Shown one piece after another: positions 20,701 through 29,059 of a stretch of 64,000 nt of DNA. Positions within the stretch are counted from its first letter, which is position 1. The number at the start of each line of letters is the position of its first letter. The DNA is taken from IMG/VR virus record IMGVR_UViG_3300025723_000013, one strand, 5' to 3'. The position numbers and the translations under genes were made by a program. This DNA comes from a virus (Duplodnaviria; Caudoviricetes). The notes under the pieces are model-generated. The model ran no database searches. It worked only from the letters and a program-made list of their open reading frames with translations, and had not been told where the DNA came from.

Positions 20701-21866
20701 CCCAATCCCCATCCGTATCCAGCAGACGGCGGAGACATGATATTGCTCCAAATCAAGCTGCCAGTAGAACTGTATTTTGATACTATTTGCCCAGTATAAG
20801 AACCGTTGCTGCTGCTTATATAAAGATTATTATTGGAATCACAAACAATATCATAGCCGGTAAGTGGACCAAATACACTGTTATCCACTGTTCCTGTTTG
20901 CCACAGTATATTACCATATGGTCCAAATTTAGCCAGAAACTGTACCAGTCCTGCCGTTGTATCTGTTACCAAACCGGTGCAATAAACATTGCCTTGAATG
21001 TCGGTGGTTATACCATATTGGGAATACTGCGAGCTGGTAGTTGATAAATTTTGTTGCCAATACAGCGATCCGGAACTGGTGTATCGAGCTAGATACAAAG
21101 AGTTATTGCTCAACAAAGACCCAACCACATAAATGTTGCCAAAACAGTCAGTGGCAATGTCACTTATGACTGCGCCTGTTACAGTTTCAGTCTGCCATTG
21201 CAAATTACCATTGAGATCAGTGGCCACCACAAAATAGGTACCAGTGCCGGTTGATTCACTAATGGTAAAATAAAGATTGGTTTGATTGACAGTGATGGCA
21301 TCGCCGGTTTTGACATAACCATCAATGTTGTTGTAACTGTTTTGCCAAACTACCTGACCAGCAGGATTGAATTTGACGAGGTTTACTGTGCCTTGCGTTA
21401 TATCTCCGCCAACCACATAAACATTACCGTAATTGTCGTAGGTCACACTGGATGCATACACACGATCGGTATCTGTGACCAAATCACCATATTCCGTTAT
21501 CCAGTAATTGCCACTGTTGGCAGAAGAAGTCAGTGTGATATTTCCCAAGCTGTTGATAGCGCCGGGCACAGTTAATACCCCGCTGCTGCCATTGAAGATC
21601 CATGTGTTTGAGGCCGTGGTTAGATGGTTAACGGCTGTTATTTTCAGTCCAGCTGCGGTGTCATTGATGGTGGAGCCTTGAGGCAGAATCAGCTGCCCAG
21701 TGGCAGTAAGGACCACGGTGTAAGTTCCATTGGCCAATCCATAATTGAGTGTTTGACCATTCAGCGCGGCAAAATTGCTGTTGATCTTGGAAAAAGCCAA
21801 TCTAAGAACATCGCCATTGTGCGAATTTGGGCTGGTACCGGTGTTGACATATTGAAACTGAATCAT
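14703..21866 (-). CDS. Giant tail fibre/adhesin (beta-propeller, collagen-like and glycine-rich domains)
   Basis: 2387 aa; repeated D..GN.Y..G / KY.S.G.L.WQ propeller blades, GFVGS/GYTGS tract, several GALxVxGGxGIGG modules, C-terminal GGGGGGG-rich domain. Confidence 0.85.
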   Translation of the reverse strand: MIQFQYVNTGTSPNSHNGDVLRLAFSKINSNFAALNGQTLNYGLANGTYTVVLTATGQLILPQGSTINDTAAGLKITAVNHLTTASNTWIFNGSSGVLTVPGAINSLGNITLTSSANSGNYWITEYGDLVTDTDRVYASSVTYDNYGNVYVVGGDITQGTVNLVKFNPAGQVVWQNSYNNIDGYVKTGDAITVNQTNLYFTISESTGTGTYFVVATDLNGNLQWQTETVTGAVISDIATDCFGNIYVVGSLLSNNSLYLARYTSSGSLYWQQNLSTTSSQYSQYGITTDIQGNVYCTGLVTDTTAGLVQFLAKFGPYGNILWQTGTVDNSVFGPLTGYDIVCDSNNNLYISSSNGSYTGQIVSKYSSTGSLIWSNIMSPPSAGYGWGLGVDSQNNLYASGIMRAGLNTYIAVTKYSSTGSFVFSRLLGSTATNTNAVSQIPNTGPGQGHSVISVFGNSLTVVGVTRVNNTNNTSTVWKNNHYKALISQFPTDGSLIGHYGRFTYTDATLTNVVSSYASNLTVYATTLTVIVTTATLTTSTLFSSPGAFATALTVANGTGTSILSTVGSNTWQFNQNGSTQFPNYTFPATAGTPGQYLYTDGLGNLGWSNSTVNFQNINVDLLPAVDTTYNLGSPSLQWKSLYVSTNTVFIGRVPLTINTATNTISVGTGTSTQNVITSNATGTVQLPGVLAFADGSTQVTAWLGTGTLIANAVNSTYAAYATTATNIINGVSFINGTVNQVYVSANTGSVILTTPQAIATSSNVTFAGINATTVTSRLVTSTSLVVSSTSTFGGPIIFSSANITATGTNQATAAAIVGDNTYIVAGTGGVVLPVPVVGREISITNATASSIYVYPSTGTNIENSAANIPTLLPSYATMAVVAKTTSNWWTVTPVYNASTGITITQSANGTVTWALNTATLMTNAVNATTSSFATTSGYAQSFNTSTLVTNAVSAQIATTASNFNTATLVTNSVNAVNIAGGAAGSIPYQIAGGLTGFISIGSTGTLLQSNGITATWITTSSLGVLGYTGSKGTTGTNGYTGSVGFVGSIGFVGSVGYTGSVGFVGSQGTTGTIGYTGSVGFVGSIGYTGSFGYTGSVGFVGSIGFVGSVGYTGSVGFVGSQGASGTGTGYVGSIGYTGSSGSFTNPFASILTITNVTVTTSTNTGALQVTGGVGVGGGLYVGGTVTSTNHIVIGTGAAASTTTGALQVVGGAGIGGGLYVGGVITATNVYVNGYAVSTGSGSGGFASTSSLIAGTYTVTLSLSNGLLTVPNNIASSANTASIQLQSTYNGTTSSWTFSNNGTTGTITFPDSTVQSTAWNPSSAVVISSTLSSTSTITGALQVVGGVGVGGGLYVGGVITATNVYVNGYAVSTGTFNTATLVAIAVSATSITANTAITVYALTVTNTATLNGPLIFSSANITATGTNQATAALITADNTYVTTGTGGIILPTAVVGREISITNATAGSVNVYPAVGASIENSPVNTATSLPSYATLAIVAKTTSNWWTVTPVYSSSTGITITQSANGTVTWALNTASVTLQAVTGYGSSTNNAITISNTTNSTSTTTGALIVTGGHSVGSNMYVGGILNVVNYQSNTTSSQGALNVGNYVNSYTGQIATFAGSDTTYSNITLINNNSTNTAYASYEVANNGFNNYMEMGVNSTNYSYSAAGYANNSFSLPGASFLESVGSDLTIGTYNNNNVHFVLNANSSTSDILLLSTSTTAAVQILSTLTSISSTTGALTVAGGVGIGNGLYVVGTVTSTNHVINGTSATTSTTTGALTVAGGAGIGGGLVVGGVITATNVYVNGYAVSTSTGGSTFGPLTGDVTTPTAGSNTTTVTQISGGLTKFSNSLVDTYTFNNQPQITFASVSGTNVTLSSTAYPTGWSYTSGQYNVVFANPNTSSTYYKMTLTNASSTATLNYAVPGMTTATVGYLFGSAISGPSSVDNYIPVSGSSTATGANCMIWDIKSSFANVTIQGIAPPPTNSSFLVINNYSSGYTINLARISPTYGATINSGTPNGVTILAGGSAFLVYDYNQNLNGPGWILISAQNYQLSNSVSIYNTPGTYNYNWPATWNGGRVIMCGGGGGGGSGAKWSTTATVYGGNGGNSACWSMLDLGVSNSNQTTATIIVGYGGPGATQVSGVSSGTGYTGSVGGDSSFSWQGITILAAGGAGGKGGVIGGSQSTQTAATSGGNLALGLAGGTSTAIGGGTAGTGTSVANVPNSGAPYLGGAGGAGGGFVNGVGDNGGNGGVPAVYYSGSPSGASSTTAILIASGGLTTNVNSGLAYGSGGYGPNGNGTYPVVTGNTPTYIQTTYGLIGGGGGGGGGAYTSTSGTFGNQNIIGGAAGGYGAGGGGGGASRSNSTQAAGGSGPGGAGSPGIVIVITY

Positions 21867-21994
21867 TATCTAGGTCCTACAGTTAGAGTTCATAGCGGTA
21901 TTTATTCAAACAGTTTGCTAAAAGTATTTGTTGTGCTGTGTGTCACAATGTGTTAAAGTAGCGAGAAACTATGACAAATAAATAAAGTGATAAG

Positions 21995-22528
21995 ATGTCA
22001 GCTACATTACTATTAAATTCTGACGGCAACCCAGTTTCCATACTGCCTCTAAGCACTATTTCCTGGAAAAAAAGCATATTGTACATGCTGGATGAAACTG
22101 CCACAGTACTGGAGTGGTACGACAACTGGATCGTGCACTCAGTGAACTGGCAAACAGCGGTGCCTGCTGTGATGATACTAAAAAACTACGAAAGAAAGCG
22201 GCATCAGGTGCGTTTCAGCAAACGCAATGTGTTTTTGAGAGACGGATTCCGGTGTCAGTATTGTGGTCAGGACGTGAGCAAAAAGTCAGCCACCATGGAT
22301 CATATACTGCCCATCAGTCATGGTGGCAAAAGCACTTATGAAAACTGCGTGTGCGCTTGCGATGTGTGCAACGCACAAAAAGGCAACAACAAGGCCATAC
22401 GCCCCAAGAAGATGCCCATCAAGCCCAGCTACTATCAGTTGGTGGAACAGCGCAAGAAATTGCCGTTTGAAGGCGGGCATCACACCTGGCCCACCTACTT
22501 GGGGATCAAAGAGCCAATCGAATTTTGA
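21995..22528 (+). CDS. HNH endonuclease
   Basis: RDGFRCQYCG...TMDHILPISHGGKSTYENCVCACDVCNAQKGN. Confidence 0.92.
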   Translation: MSATLLLNSDGNPVSILPLSTISWKKSILYMLDETATVLEWYDNWIVHSVNWQTAVPAVMILKNYERKRHQVRFSKRNVFLRDGFRCQYCGQDVSKKSATMDHILPISHGGKSTYENCVCACDVCNAQKGNNKAIRPKKMPIKPSYYQLVEQRKKLPFEGGHHTWPTYLGIKEPIEF

Positions 22529-22829
22529 TAGGCAGTTTGGGCAAAACAGCATTGGTGCCTGCGTCTAACACACAGGCATAGCCCTGCTGATTGATCACAA
22601 ACTTGGTCCAAGTTTTTGTGTCCAAATTCATGGTGATCAACACGATGAGATCATCCTGGTGTTTGCCAGAAGCTGCATTTCTCACTCCTTCAAACACAGC
22701 CACCTCATGGAATTTTTCCATGATCTTGGGAATGTTTGAGGATGGTCCACAATTGTTTTGCGTGGCAGGTGCATCTGCCAGGGCTAGATAACTCGATAAA
22801 ATCAAACCAAAACCAATAAGAGTTTTCAC
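22506..22829 (-). CDS. Hypothetical protein with signal peptide
   Basis: 107 aa, GTG start with AAGGA SD, hydrophobic N-terminus ending ALA. Confidence 0.6.
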   Translation of the reverse strand: MKTLIGFGLILSSYLALADAPATQNNCGPSSNIPKIMEKFHEVAVFEGVRNAASGKHQDDLIVLITMNLDTKTWTKFVINQQGYACVLDAGTNAVLPKLPIKIRLAL

Positions 22830-22848
22830 GCTGATCCTTTTTGAATAT

Positions 22849-23067
22849 TTATTTGTGCCTAAAGGTCACTCGACCACGATTGAGATCATACTGAGATACT
22901 TCGATAGAAACCTTGTCCCCTTCCAGTATCTGGATCTTGTGCTGCCGCATCTTGCCGGATATGACTGCTGTCACGGTGTGTTTTTCACTGATTTTTACTC
23001 TAAACATCGCATTGGGTAACACACTCTCCACTATGCCCTGCAGTTCAATAAGCTCTTCTTTTGCCAC
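22849..23067 (-). CDS. infA: Translation initiation factor IF-1
   Basis: 72 aa [24 protein letters not shown]...[35 protein letters not shown], full-length IF-1 pattern. Confidence 0.95.
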   Translation of the reverse strand: MAKEELIELQGIVESVLPNAMFRVKISEKHTVTAVISGKMRQHKIQILEGDKVSIEVSQYDLNRGRVTFRHK

Positions 23068-23083
23068 TTTGATTGTTGTTTCC

Positions 23084-23281
23084 TTATAAAGTTAGTTGGC
23101 CGATCATTTGATATGCTGAACCAAGACGATCGGCGGCGTCTTCCACAGCCTGTTTTACATCTTGATGTTGTTCTACAAAAGGATGTTGAGATAAAAATTG
23201 TTCCAGCATCACTGAGATCATGTGCACTCGATCCAATGCTTCGTGACCGTGGAAAGGATCCAATTCAATTTTCACTGACAT
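23084..23281 (-). CDS. Hypothetical protein
   Basis: Helical 65 aa ORF in operon. Confidence 0.65.
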   Translation of the reverse strand: MSVKIELDPFHGHEALDRVHMISVMLEQFLSQHPFVEQHQDVKQAVEDAADRLGSAYQMIGQLTL

Positions 23282-23510
23282 CACCTTTTAGACCCTTTAG
23301 CACCTGTTGCTTGGCTCTGCGATTCAGTTCTTGATCTTCGATCTCTAAAATCTCCAACGAGACCTTGGTTATAAAATCCACGATGGCATCTTTGCCGCGA
23401 CTGCTCCAGCTGCTGTAGGAAGAATGAAAACTTTTGTAAAAATAGTTTTCATTGTTCATGAGCTCGGCAATGCCTCCATAGATAACATCTTTTAGAGTTT
23501 GTTTTTCCAC
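23265..23510 (-). CDS. Hypothetical protein
   Basis: 81 aa, start overlaps ligase stop. Confidence 0.65.
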   Translation of the reverse strand: MEKQTLKDVIYGGIAELMNNENYFYKSFHSSYSSWSSRGKDAIVDFITKVSLEILEIEDQELNRRAKQQVLKGLKGDVSEN

Positions 23511-24817
23511 TAGATCTTTTCTCCTGCTGTGAATCCACGGAATCGCAAGAATCGAGGAAAGCGCAGGCTATACACATTGTCACTGTCTTGATTGAGAGTG
23601 GCAGCATCTGCGCGTATTTCCACGATTTGATCAATCATGACGTCTTGATCTTCCCAAAATTCGCCACGCTGTTCATCAGTGAATCCGCTGCCCACCCTCA
23701 CATGGATCTTACGACCGTCATCGTCGCCCTCGCAGATCAGTGCGCCCAATCGACCTTCATTTTTGCCTGTGCCTTCTTCAAGGCCCACTACCACAAGGCT
23801 AACTTCAATAAAGGGCTTGGCCTTGAGCCAGCTGACACTGCGTTTGCACTCATAAGGAGCATTTGGCTCCTTGATCATGATACCTTCGTAGCCATTTTCG
23901 ATAGCTTCTTGATTGTACTGTTTGAACTGTAGTTCACCCACGTAGGAGTCAAGATCCACTTCCAACTGAGGAACGATGCCGATGTTGCCGATCTTGTCAA
24001 ACATGGCCTTCATGCCACGCAACAGATTGGTGCGACGTCGTTGTCCCAGTATGCTCAATCCACGTTGAAATTCACTCAAGGGTATGATGTCAAACAGCAT
24101 CAGGACCGCGTCATCGGCCTGTACATTGTCTTTGCGATGCACCTGTTTCATCAAGGCCTGGAAGCTGGTGCTGATCATTTCTCCATCCAACACCATGCTG
24201 CGTCCAATGAGATCGATGTTATCTTGTATGGCTGTGGTAATGTGAGTGAAGTTTTCCAACACTTTACCGTTGCGAGTATACTGCGTGACTGTGCGATTTT
24301 CCATGTTGATCACTGTCAGCACACGCACACCGTCCAGTTTGGGTTCCAGCAGTTTTAGGCCCTTGATCTTTTTTTCATGATTGGCGCCATCGTGTGCCAG
24401 CATGACCTCAAACACGGGCACAGGAGCTATATTAGTGCCTTTGAGCACTTTGTTGATGGTTTTTTCGCTGACACCGCAGCGCAGATCCTTGATCAAGATA
24501 CGGCGATACCAACCATTCCATTCGTCCTTGGTACTGGCGCCCATGGCCAACTCGATGGCATCTCGCGCATCATGTCCGGTTAGTTCTCGACGGTATAGGC
24601 TATTGGCCAATTGCGAAAACGCAGCCCAGGGCAAACCCTGTCCATCTGGACCGGAGTAGATTGGCACCTTTTTGACACCAAAGCTGATGAGATTGTCCAA
24701 GGCCAATCGACAGCCCTCAAAGAATTCTTCATTGTTGGCCTCAGCCTCGCGCTTGAGTATGGCTTCTTTGGCCAATCGACTGCTATCTGCTTCCAATTCT
24801 TGAATGATCTTATGCAT
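23510..24817 (-). CDS. ATP-dependent DNA ligase
   Basis: Motif I EPKLDGVR, VLDGE, FDII, EGIMIK, WLKAKP, C-terminal OB fold SLRFPRF. Confidence 0.95.
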   Translation of the reverse strand: MHKIIQELEADSSRLAKEAILKREAEANNEEFFEGCRLALDNLISFGVKKVPIYSGPDGQGLPWAAFSQLANSLYRRELTGHDARDAIELAMGASTKDEWNGWYRRILIKDLRCGVSEKTINKVLKGTNIAPVPVFEVMLAHDGANHEKKIKGLKLLEPKLDGVRVLTVINMENRTVTQYTRNGKVLENFTHITTAIQDNIDLIGRSMVLDGEMISTSFQALMKQVHRKDNVQADDAVLMLFDIIPLSEFQRGLSILGQRRRTNLLRGMKAMFDKIGNIGIVPQLEVDLDSYVGELQFKQYNQEAIENGYEGIMIKEPNAPYECKRSVSWLKAKPFIEVSLVVVGLEEGTGKNEGRLGALICEGDDDGRKIHVRVGSGFTDEQRGEFWEDQDVMIDQIVEIRADAATLNQDSDNVYSLRFPRFLRFRGFTAGEKI

Positions 24818-24849
24818 TGTTAGTGTCCATGCTTGTTGATGACACAGAC

Positions 24850-24878
24850 ACTATAACGTATTTTGAAGCCCAGGTCAA
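24850..24878 (-). promoter_or_regulatory. sigma70-type promoter of ligase-infA operon
   Basis: TTGACC-N17-TATAGT on minus strand. Confidence 0.7.
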
Positions 24879-24890
24879 CCGGATATTTGT

Positions 24891-25139
24891 TCACCATAAA
24901 CGCACAGTATCCAGTGCAATGGATTCAGCGTGTGGATTGATTATTTTGACTTGATCAAACGCCAGCACAGCAGATACCATGGTGTAGGTGGTGATGGTGT
25001 TGCCCTTATCATTGATCCAGTGCAGGAACAGTGGTGAATCCTGTTTGGGTATGAGCACAGTGCCTTGCCCGGCATCGATCATTTGTTGGCCATGGGCTGG
25101 CACTGTCAACTGCACTGTGTCCAAGGGGCGATATTTCAA
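24891..25139 (-). CDS. Hypothetical protein
   Basis: 82 aa, TTG start overlapping SOD stop. Confidence 0.55.
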   Translation of the reverse strand: MKYRPLDTVQLTVPAHGQQMIDAGQGTVLIPKQDSPLFLHWINDKGNTITTYTMVSAVLAFDQVKIINPHAESIALDTVRLW

Positions 25140-25690
25140 TCAAAGGATCCTGGTATTTTGGCATCAATCATGGACCAATTGATTATGTTCCATTGAGCAT
25201 TGAGATACTTTTCTTTGTCCGTTCCAAAATCAAGTATGAAAGCATGCTCCCACCAATCAATCAACAGCACAATGTCCTGCTTGATTTCATGATTTTTGAT
25301 CTTTTTGAGTTCGCCATTCTTGGCCAGATAGATCCATCCACTGCCCTGTATGGTCATGGCAGTTTTTAAAAACTCTTGTTTGAAACGATCAAAAGTTTTG
25401 AAATGTTTTTCAATAAAGGCCAATGACCTGCCGGTGGGTTTGTTGTTGCTGGCCGGTGGCTGGAATTGAGGAAAGTATATGCTGTGTAAAAATGCGCCTG
25501 CTTCGTTGAAATCTGGATCACCTTCACCCTTGTTGAAACGATCCACATAGGCTCTGTACAGTTTGCCATAGTGCACATCCAGTGAGTGCTTGCTTATGCT
25601 GCGGCCCAATTTGTCTTTGGCGTAGGGCAATGGCACTTGCTCCAGTTTTTGTTTTTTGCTTTCGGTTACATATTTTATAAAATTATACAT
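25136..25690 (-). CDS. Fe/Mn superoxide dismutase
   Basis: LEQVPLPY, DVH, FLH, GSGWIYL, DWWEHAF: all four metal ligands (H,H,D,H) identifiable. Confidence 0.9.
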   Translation of the reverse strand: MYNFIKYVTESKKQKLEQVPLPYAKDKLGRSISKHSLDVHYGKLYRAYVDRFNKGEGDPDFNEAGAFLHSIYFPQFQPPASNNKPTGRSLAFIEKHFKTFDRFKQEFLKTAMTIQGSGWIYLAKNGELKKIKNHEIKQDIVLLIDWWEHAFILDFGTDKEKYLNAQWNIINWSMIDAKIPGSFD

Positions 25691-25785
25691 GCGATAAATA
25701 CCTTGTCAAGCGGTTGATTGGGCATCCAAGGATCCTGATACTTGCCTTTTCCCAATCTCGGCAAGTTTAAATGTTCAGGTAGCAT
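25675..25785 (-). CDS. Possible small protein MLPEHLNLPRLGKGKYQDPW...
   Basis: 36 aa ORF filling the gap between two genes; no clear SD. Confidence 0.3.
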   Translation of the reverse strand: MLPEHLNLPRLGKGKYQDPWMPNQPLDKVFIACIIL

Positions 25786-25816
25786 AATATGACTACGGGT
25801 AAATTGGCGCTTGACT

Positions 25817-26065
25817 TTATCTCTTGCCTTTGCCGCTGTAATCTTTCACATCCCCGCCGTAGTGCACACTTTTGCGGAAAGTATTATCTAGATGAATACC
25901 TGATCCTGTTTTGCCCTGTTTGCCAGTTCCGGCAGTATGGCCTGTGTGATGAGCACGCAATCCCTGAGCCACGCAACTGCTGTACATGCTGCGACTGAGC
26001 TTTTTGTTGCTGCGGCACAGCTTGGAGCTGGCTTTCTTTTCTGTTATAAATTCTTGTGCTCTCAT
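25817..26065 (-). CDS. Small basic protein with MRAQEFITE leader
   Basis: 82 aa K/S/G-rich. Confidence 0.7.
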   Translation of the reverse strand: MRAQEFITEKKASSKLCRSNKKLSRSMYSSCVAQGLRAHHTGHTAGTGKQGKTGSGIHLDNTFRKSVHYGGDVKDYSGKGKR

Positions 26066-26104
26066 TTTGATTCCATTGGGTGTTGTTTGATCCCTACCAT
26101 GTAT

Positions 26105-26725
26105 TTATTTCTCTTTGTAAAACACCTGTCCGCCTATCCTTCCCACCTGCCGTTTATCATGTGTCCATTCAGCATGCGCTCCTGCTGCATGGAAATACAA
26201 GGCATCACTGTAGCGATCTTTGAGATCGTTATATTGGTCAGTGGTCAGTAAGTCCTGTGCCACTCTGCGACTTTGCTGCCATCTTTGATCTGTGGATTTG
26301 GGTTCAGACACCGGCCTGCAGCTCCAGCTAAATTGACACACTGCATGGTTCCGGGTTTCTGTATGCACCGTGGTCACAGGCTGGGGGCTGCTCCACCAAT
26401 GCAGTTTCACCATCTGGGTCTGGGCCACTTGATAGATGCGCTCAAACACTGCGCGTTGATGCACCACTGCACAAATGCTATTTCCAAAACGCCCATCTTC
26501 TTTTCTGTTCAGCGTGACCACTCCCACAGCAGCTTTGCCCAATTCGGATTCGCTCCCAGCTTCATAAAATATATTGCGCGCCAAACAGTTTAATTCTTTC
26601 AAATTGATCACTGGCACCACCGTGTTTTGCAGTGCCTCTCCGATGCTGGATTGGGCCTGGACTGAGCCAACAGCCAAAACAATTGACCACATCGCTAAAA
26701 AAATCCTCAGTTTTTTACCAATCAT
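26105..26725 (-). CDS. SleB-like cell wall hydrolase (Hydrolase_2)
   Basis: CLARNIFYEAGSE...AVGVVTLNR...ICAVVHQ...CQFSW...ALYFHA...IGGQVFY. Confidence 0.9.
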   Translation of the reverse strand: MIGKKLRIFLAMWSIVLAVGSVQAQSSIGEALQNTVVPVINLKELNCLARNIFYEAGSESELGKAAVGVVTLNRKEDGRFGNSICAVVHQRAVFERIYQVAQTQMVKLHWWSSPQPVTTVHTETRNHAVCQFSWSCRPVSEPKSTDQRWQQSRRVAQDLLTTDQYNDLKDRYSDALYFHAAGAHAEWTHDKRQVGRIGGQVFYKEK

Positions 26726-26872
26726 GATTAAACCCCCTCAAAAACCCCAGCGGGTCAGTTAATTATATCTTTGGATAGATCATTAAAAGAATATATATTA
26801 TACGCACTTGCTCATGATCGGTCAAATGTGCTAATATAATTCTTAAATAATCCTAACAAAAGGACAAAAACT

Positions 26873-27649
26873 ATGCCATACACCTTCAAACATTCCGGAG
26901 CATTTAGTGATTTACTGTATGCCCTGCCACTAGTCAAACATTTTGGAGGTGGCGATTTTTATCTCCATCTGGATCAAATCAACTGGATTGGTCAGCACTA
27001 TTACGGGTCGCCACCTGTGGCATTTCACCAAGGGCGTTTGAATCAAAAAGATTTTGAATTCATGAAATCTTTTATGGAGGCACAGGACTATATTACCAAA
27101 TTCTCAGTGTTGGATCCAAAAACAGCTGAAATTACACACAATTTGGATAAATTCCGTCCGTTTTTTGTGAGTCATCCGGGCAACTATGTGGACATTTATG
27201 CCACGGCATTTGGTATCACGGATGGCACAATCAAGGAAGAATTGAGACAGATCAATTGGCTCACTGTTCCAGATCCTAAAAAGGTGGAGGGTAGAGATAT
27301 AGCTATCAATAGAACATCGAGTTGGATACAAAAGGAATTAAATCCCATTTGGCAAGATTGGACTTCGCAGAGTTTGTATAAACGCGCTTTTTTCCTTGGA
27401 TTAGACCAAGAATATGATGCTTTTAAGCAAGCTACCGGTTGGGATATTCCTCATCAAAAGACCAACAGCATGTTGGAAATTGCCCAATACATAGATGGAG
27501 CAGAAATCTTTATTGGTAATCAAAGCATGGCTTTGGCGCTGGCGATTGGATTGGGCTGCGGAGAAATTTGGTGCGAAGCACGTAGAGATTTGCCTATTGA
27601 ACGCAATGAGTGCTATTTCCCCATGCAACCGGGCATGAATTATTTCTAA
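26873..27649 (+). CDS. GT9/heptosyltransferase-like glycosyltransferase
   Basis: HSGAFSDLLYALP N-motif; MLEIAQYIDGAEIFIGNQS C-motif. Confidence 0.65.
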   Translation: MPYTFKHSGAFSDLLYALPLVKHFGGGDFYLHLDQINWIGQHYYGSPPVAFHQGRLNQKDFEFMKSFMEAQDYITKFSVLDPKTAEITHNLDKFRPFFVSHPGNYVDIYATAFGITDGTIKEELRQINWLTVPDPKKVEGRDIAINRTSSWIQKELNPIWQDWTSQSLYKRAFFLGLDQEYDAFKQATGWDIPHQKTNSMLEIAQYIDGAEIFIGNQSMALALAIGLGCGEIWCEARRDLPIERNECYFPMQPGMNYF

Positions 27650-27661
27650 ACAAGGATCAAC

Positions 27662-28438
27662 ATGAGCAAAGACACTAAAAAACTAGGATTAATACAGTCA
27701 AGAGGGGTGGGAGATATTGTTATAGCTCTGCCTATCGCCAAACATTTCCATGATCAAGGTTATAAAGTTTTGTGGCCCATCTGTGAAGAGTTTTGGCCCA
27801 ACTTCAAAGACACAGTGCCTTGGGTGCAATGGATTCCCATGGTAGCTGATCAAAAGGGTGACTTTTTCCATAAAGAACCCATGCAGCGCCTGAAGAATTT
27901 CAAATGCGACGAAATCATTTGTTTGTATCAAAGCCTCAGTGGCAGCCCAGAGTTCAGCCAAGTACCTTGGTTCCAGATACAAAAGTTTGATGAATACAAA
28001 TACACCAAAGCTGGAGTGCCATTCAAGAACAAATGGCAGCTGGCGGAATGCATCACACGCGATCTTGCCAAAGAGCAGGCCTTGAAAGATCGTTTGGTCA
28101 AACAACAGCACTATTATGTGACGCATACCGAAGGCAGCATGTATCAAACCACTCCAGATCTGTCAGCAATTCCCAGCGAATGGCAGCAGATTGATATCAA
28201 GGGCGACATTACAGACAGTGTGTTTGACTGGCTCACTATTATTGAAGGAGCCCAGGCGGTCGTGTGTTTGGATTCTGTGATTGCCAACATGGTGGATCAA
28301 CTGGACATCAAGGTGGACAAATACTGGATTCCTCGCAGCCACATACATCTTACTCCTGTGTTGGGATCAGACTGGACCATCCTGGATCCACCGCCGGACA
28401 GTCTTGCTGCCAATGCGTTGTTTACATCCGCCAGGTAA
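27662..28438 (+). CDS. GT9/heptosyltransferase-like glycosyltransferase
   Basis: RGVGDIVIALPIAK and WLTIIEGAQAVVCLDS motifs. Confidence 0.7.
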   Translation: MSKDTKKLGLIQSRGVGDIVIALPIAKHFHDQGYKVLWPICEEFWPNFKDTVPWVQWIPMVADQKGDFFHKEPMQRLKNFKCDEIICLYQSLSGSPEFSQVPWFQIQKFDEYKYTKAGVPFKNKWQLAECITRDLAKEQALKDRLVKQQHYYVTHTEGSMYQTTPDLSAIPSEWQQIDIKGDITDSVFDWLTIIEGAQAVVCLDSVIANMVDQLDIKVDKYWIPRSHIHLTPVLGSDWTILDPPPDSLAANALFTSAR

Positions 28439-28792
28439 TCAAATTGAATTTATAGTTTTGGGCAATAGGTTTATTCCTACTTTCTTGGCCAGTCTGACCA
28501 GTAAAGGAAGTAGGAATGTTCCTCCGGGCATGATAAAAACACTGGACAGCCCGGTTATTTTCAAAAGATTCAGCAACTGCTCATTGGCCTGTTTGACCTG
28601 CTTTTCGCTGGCCGCGCCTTTGAGATACAATTCATAGACTCGCAGCATGTATTCGGTATTTTGACTGTGCTGACCAATTTGATTTTCAATTTCTTGTTTT
28701 AATTCCTTGAGATAATTTTTGATGTTGTGGGAGGAAAATCTGGCTAACAGATCACCTAACCAACTTTCGGTTAACAATTCATTGATACGCAT
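28439..28792 (-). CDS. Protein with MRINELLTES leader and LETM1-like C-terminal motif
   Basis: LLKITGLSSVFIMPGGTFLLPLLV resembles LETM1-family motif (from memory); ATAAATA box at 28799-28805. Confidence 0.6.
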   Translation of the reverse strand: MRINELLTESWLGDLLARFSSHNIKNYLKELKQEIENQIGQHSQNTEYMLRVYELYLKGAASEKQVKQANEQLLNLLKITGLSSVFIMPGGTFLLPLLVRLAKKVGINLLPKTINSI

Positions 28793-28837
28793 AATGACTA
28801 TTTATTTGTAAATATATTTGTGTAAAGGACAAATACA

Positions 28838-29047
28838 ATGACAGAAATAGTTCTTATAACTGACATTTACAAATTGAGAGAGCAAAAAGAAAAAGAATTA
28901 AAATTTTATCGAGACCAATTGCAAAAGTTAATGATAAAACTGGATCTTGTGCAAAGAGAAGTTAATCTTACCAATCACATCATTGATTTGATCCAGCAAG
29001 AAAAAGTAGAAAGCCTGAGCAAGCTAATTGCAGATAAAAGATCATGA
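28838..29047 (+). CDS. Small coiled-coil protein
   Basis: 69 aa, AAGGA SD. Confidence 0.7.
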   Translation: MTEIVLITDIYKLREQKEKELKFYRDQLQKLMIKLDLVQREVNLTNHIIDLIQQEKVESLSKLIADKRS

Positions 29048-29059
29048 AATAAATACCCA

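Noticed and set aside
166-21600. Numerous plus-strand Pro/Ile-rich ORFs (e.g. DPVYP, IQYP repeats)
   Set aside because: Antisense shadows of the Gly-rich minus-strand fibre genes; no SD or promoter support
21995-22528. HNH gene as intron-encoded/homing element
   Set aside because: Free-standing, no interrupted gene or intron core motifs seen around it
25675-25851. ATG-TGA followed by open frame, hinting at TGA recoding
   Set aside because: Many well-supported genes end in TGA or TAG and long ORFs are intact in code 11; single case is likely chance
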